Shown: piece after piece, positions 59,601-60,459 of the stretch | Position numbering within the stretch: the first letter of the stretch is position 1 | Layout of the letters: the number at the start of each line of letters is the position of its first letter | NCBI GenBank assembly: GCA_025057135.1 | Contig: JANWXY010000022.1 | Location: 1 to 60,459 of the forward strand | Source: Bacteroidia bacterium | GTDB lineage: Bacteria > Bacteroidota > Bacteroidia > SpSt-205 | DNA: 60,459 bases | Direction: 5' to 3' | Notes under the pieces: generated by a model | What the model was told of the DNA's origin: nothing | Seen by the model: the letters and a program-made list of their open reading frames with translations, nothing else | The model's database searches: none | Translations under genes and position numbers: made by a program

Positions 59601-60459
59601 CGCTTACCGTATAGGTGGGACCAAAAGATAGAGTCCCTAACTGATGTGTGGTTGGAATGCTCAAAGGATTATAAGAAATAGCCGGCTGGCTACCTCGCTC
59701 ATACAGACGCAGCCGAACTCTATTAGAGTAACTGGTTCTACCTAAGATTTTGATAGAGTAGTAGGTATTCGGCTGGAGCTGGCACAATATATCATAACGG
59801 GCACTCGTACTGCTATTATTCTGAACCATAGGGATGCAGCCCTGGATGAGCGTCAAGCCAGATGCAGAATCGGTCAGCGCATTACCCTGATAAATGAAAA
59901 GGCGCCACTCTCTTGGGGAGGGATTGGAGCTATTCCATGGGTCTTCCATGAACTCTATGCCCACCCAATCCACATGGGCATCAGTTCTGAACACATGCCA
60001 AGTGGACTTACTCCAGCTTGAGTCATTATCGCAAATGGCCTCGCCCTGGCTTACAGATTGACAGGCATAATCGAAAGTAACATCTTTCCGTAGAACTGCA
60101 CTGGAAGAGGTATTGAGCACTCCAAGATTTTGCGCCGTAGCCATATGATCGTACTCTGCCTCAGCGCCTGCGCTGATGGAAGGGGCAGAAACAATCAGCT
60201 CCAAGAATATCTCACCACTCGCTGCGAGGTTGGCTCCCACCTGGACCATATACCATCCCCTTTGAAGGCAAGCATGAGTATAACCCTCCATGAGGACTAT
60301 CGGAGGGTCTACCCGCTGCGCTGCGCCTGGCAGACAGGTAGTGCCCCGATATAAAGTCCATCCTGCATGTGTAGGGTCAATAGAAATTCCCACCTGACGG
60401 AGGATTATTCGCACAGTGCGAGTAGTTGGAAGGTAGAAGCGATACCAGACAGACTTACC
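53602..60459 (-). CDS. Giant Cys-rich T9SS-secreted protein (5' end outside the window) with PKD, Ig-like, discoidin-like and GGPYDG-repeat regions
   Basis: The frame stays open to the window edge (GKSVWYRFYLPTTRT precedes the annotated start). PKD motif YYWLFGDG; Ig-like WYTSSSGG; type A CTD AFPNP...IYDAKG...WATGVY...KLLK. Confidence 0.88.
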   Translation of the reverse strand, partial: GKSVWYRFYLPTTRTVRIILRQVGISIDPTHAGWTLYRGTTCLPGAAQRVDPPIVLMEGYTHACLQRGWYMVQVGANLAASGEIFLELIVSAPSISAGAEAEYDHMATAQNLGVLNTSSSAVLRKDVTFDYACQSVSQGEAICDNDSSWSKSTWHVFRTDAHVDWVGIEFMEDPWNSSNPSPREWRLFIYQGNALTDSASGLTLIQGCIPMVQNNSSTSARYDILCQLQPNTYYSIKILGRTSYSNRVRLRLYERGSQPAISYNPLSIPTTHQLGTLSFGPTYTVSDFWGCQSRIANNPCSAFGSAVTPDDTIGDFDLALYYTFTLTGAAHVRFWYSHPWWWWYCMGTVRFRIFEGTPAVNGCNLTLRATVDNDGWINCLTAGTYTVQVLARINRSALWRTCWAPYTALGLPVNFRVQLGSTPQQLFGLHNRPQEADSINNGAPLTPGVTYYATWDTLDCRTTVLPAGSVCGAGNNRAIYRIIRIDQEGILEIGGGNWWRFQYRLYRGDARIEPIVGGYIQNLIDQVGCQDLYYPVKVCVTPGYYTLVSFGDNSDIGERDRPWFRFHVFPPGERRFYTPTAPVSLPGSPDPRPNVEEVGTIGGTTHSLTATWTRVTCHNNPLTILGYAPCGGATKQFYWEVYIAEPSLVTFSPQYAYVAWPELGVTGWRTFRGRISDNTLTSLFMDCHGGYTACMQPGWYTFVVYAVGGTYSNPTYTSGRGGAIGNRIWFTISRDPRVQKFGTFTTADRPGNLDWVPDYVYAPNQHRSYTLDWEFWSCANNLPFPAGITPCGGGQNRVSYRVFSVTRPSYLIIHQSGCYSSSRLYQGDITAITPPYTIIHDCFTGTGHICWVPPGTYTLVTFAGDGCIGWTYTPTIYVDSVGFSRSNYARNAYDFGTIPLNDQWYAGNPLDPLGPYGRPASTDFIFCTTDAFSSDPAANCPIGTVDNTTPSSAPPAVLPVDRRRNLWFTFVVAGSGRVHVRVTNLTSGGAQPAFAVYSSNDPPSAFPGSVDSTIAQGLSFVTSSQGWWCCSQSNAVSFIRDVCNPPPPTRYYVVVERNTCGKEPNLQIQVEVRYEPLPGWSVQYNHYSQANVITGNPTSQCDAPYTWLPLTSGTYTGCQGDLACATKDPTDQNTCGNHTIWYAFESAITGYIFLNYDRPGVSQYNYNPDDIQLYYQAVPGDSSSTGLVRVPLTGMWQTHPSLGYRYWGRGCIRPGRYYIMFTGCNHLGLVIPRIWLQRHPGDFCQDSVMIPVAAAGGPYSANLFINCFTIGEGAGEADTIMACFGTPVGKKSAWVLVNNLTPDTMDFDVQIIENTTALGSQVLYRVLTGDCSTMNQEECVAEGTYVTLHLKCRPPFKSFWVQIVMPEWATGDITVNVTANPILQTCIPPDPGKPRANFDYVGSCFGQPTQFLNYSSVGPGVQYYWLFGDGNTSTHFQPQHMYAVPDTYLVCLGVSNGTQSDTACRYLIIYPTPGVSVAMSPTSPVPLGVPITFTPTYTDTVNGTGANIYWNFCANGTAGCGASQLDYIGATPPPVSYTIPGRKRVCITVVNGTLCDSTFCIEFDVVWPARAGGPYDGSATQVLVASCPTLSYTGGPYDGSATAFVGGACPLPVEGGPYDGAATMVVVAACPTFSYAGGPYDGSATAFVGGDCPFPVNGGPYDGAATMVVVAACPTLSYAGGPYDGSATAFVGAICWPITQYTGGPYDGSAVASIINCPPPELPYAGGPYDGSASGVLLASCPTLSYAGGPYDGSATRVLLGGCPLPIVGGPYDGAATAYTTNFLAQEKDTAVCAGSSLTLQAGLPSNWYTSSSGGTPIASNTPTLVISPLSQSQVYWVENSCASERVPVAAIALPHLNGQFSISPIPYCTGQPVTFTNQTLISGPSQPSFGTLISSFGTHGSVPNMTQLTFSSVQTANFAQLGDGVYQNGTAWTANNTGAGTQWAMWRYPIPRSVNRVVFWACQTCVNASQRIPRRARLYYNDGSGWKLAKTFSFAPSTYVYDSGVFTETQVIFAQLWRLEFDVQAANAPTFGEFQVYSSSPVIGGNVQWSCDNGTTWNSGSSQSCTWSTPGTKTITMVVSAPGACPDTVQQSVNVINCSPLPAIQSVLAAYPTPEAHARLFWQTNVPIQYAVLQKRVDTGWVSIYRHDVQGATSFTWLDSFPSFEAANLYRVMSEHQGGQIVYSNVAEVKFSSENPVVQEFIRAFPNPVSELLTVQFSLFDEKYVGVRIYDAKGALVSYITPQVYPTGFHEVRVDVRHWATGVYTLQFVKNGEETSMKLLKLVP
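55129..55752 (-). repeat. Ten tandem 21-23-aa GGPYDG[SA]A repeats (coding tandem repeat)
   Basis: GGPYDG occurs 10 times; nine units carry one Cys followed by P or WP. Codons are synonymously diverged. Confidence 0.92.

Noticed and set aside
60412-60414. GTG 60414 as start of the giant protein
   Set aside because: No signal peptide follows and the frame is open to the window edge, so the gene begins outside the window.
1-60459. tRNA/rRNA genes, IS elements, prophage or integron features
   Set aside because: Intergenic spaces are short, and I saw no cloverleaf, transposase, integrase, terminal inverted repeat or phage gene by eye. A covariance-model scan was not possible.

Overview
Gene-dense chromosomal window (about 44 CDS, many overlapping or translationally coupled) from a Bacteroidota/FCB-group bacterium. 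The assignment rests on type IX secretion (T9SS) sorting domains, a PorV-family protein, CarboxypepD_reg/TonB-dependent receptors and repeated TAnnTTTG '-7' promoter boxes. I saw no tRNA, rRNA, CRISPR array, transposase or prophage gene. Most of the window is housekeeping (lpdA, greA, recF, pdhA, pepA, pdxA, ispE, lgt, purD, rbfA, LptC-like, bactofilin, USP). Main points of interest: (1) A coupled pdhA -> PP2C-TM-2xLysM phosphatase -> membrane Hanks kinase unit, a candidate envelope-sensing phosphorylation switch linked to pyruvate dehydrogenase, with a promoter-like box at the PP2C/LysM junction. (2) About 18 transcription-unit-leading genes have the -7 box only 3-7 nt from the start codon, implying widespread leaderless mRNAs. 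(3) A TBDR + T9SS cargo + PorV-like module, plus a second lipoprotein + TBDR pair without SusD. (4) A >2280-aa Cys-rich T9SS protein, truncated by the window edge, with ten GGPYDG repeats. (5) An orphan PD-(D/E)XK nuclease and several eukaryote-like enzymes (S1P lyase-like, AAE17/18-like, CISD3-like, ALDH7). All calls come from motif recognition by eye; no database searches were run.
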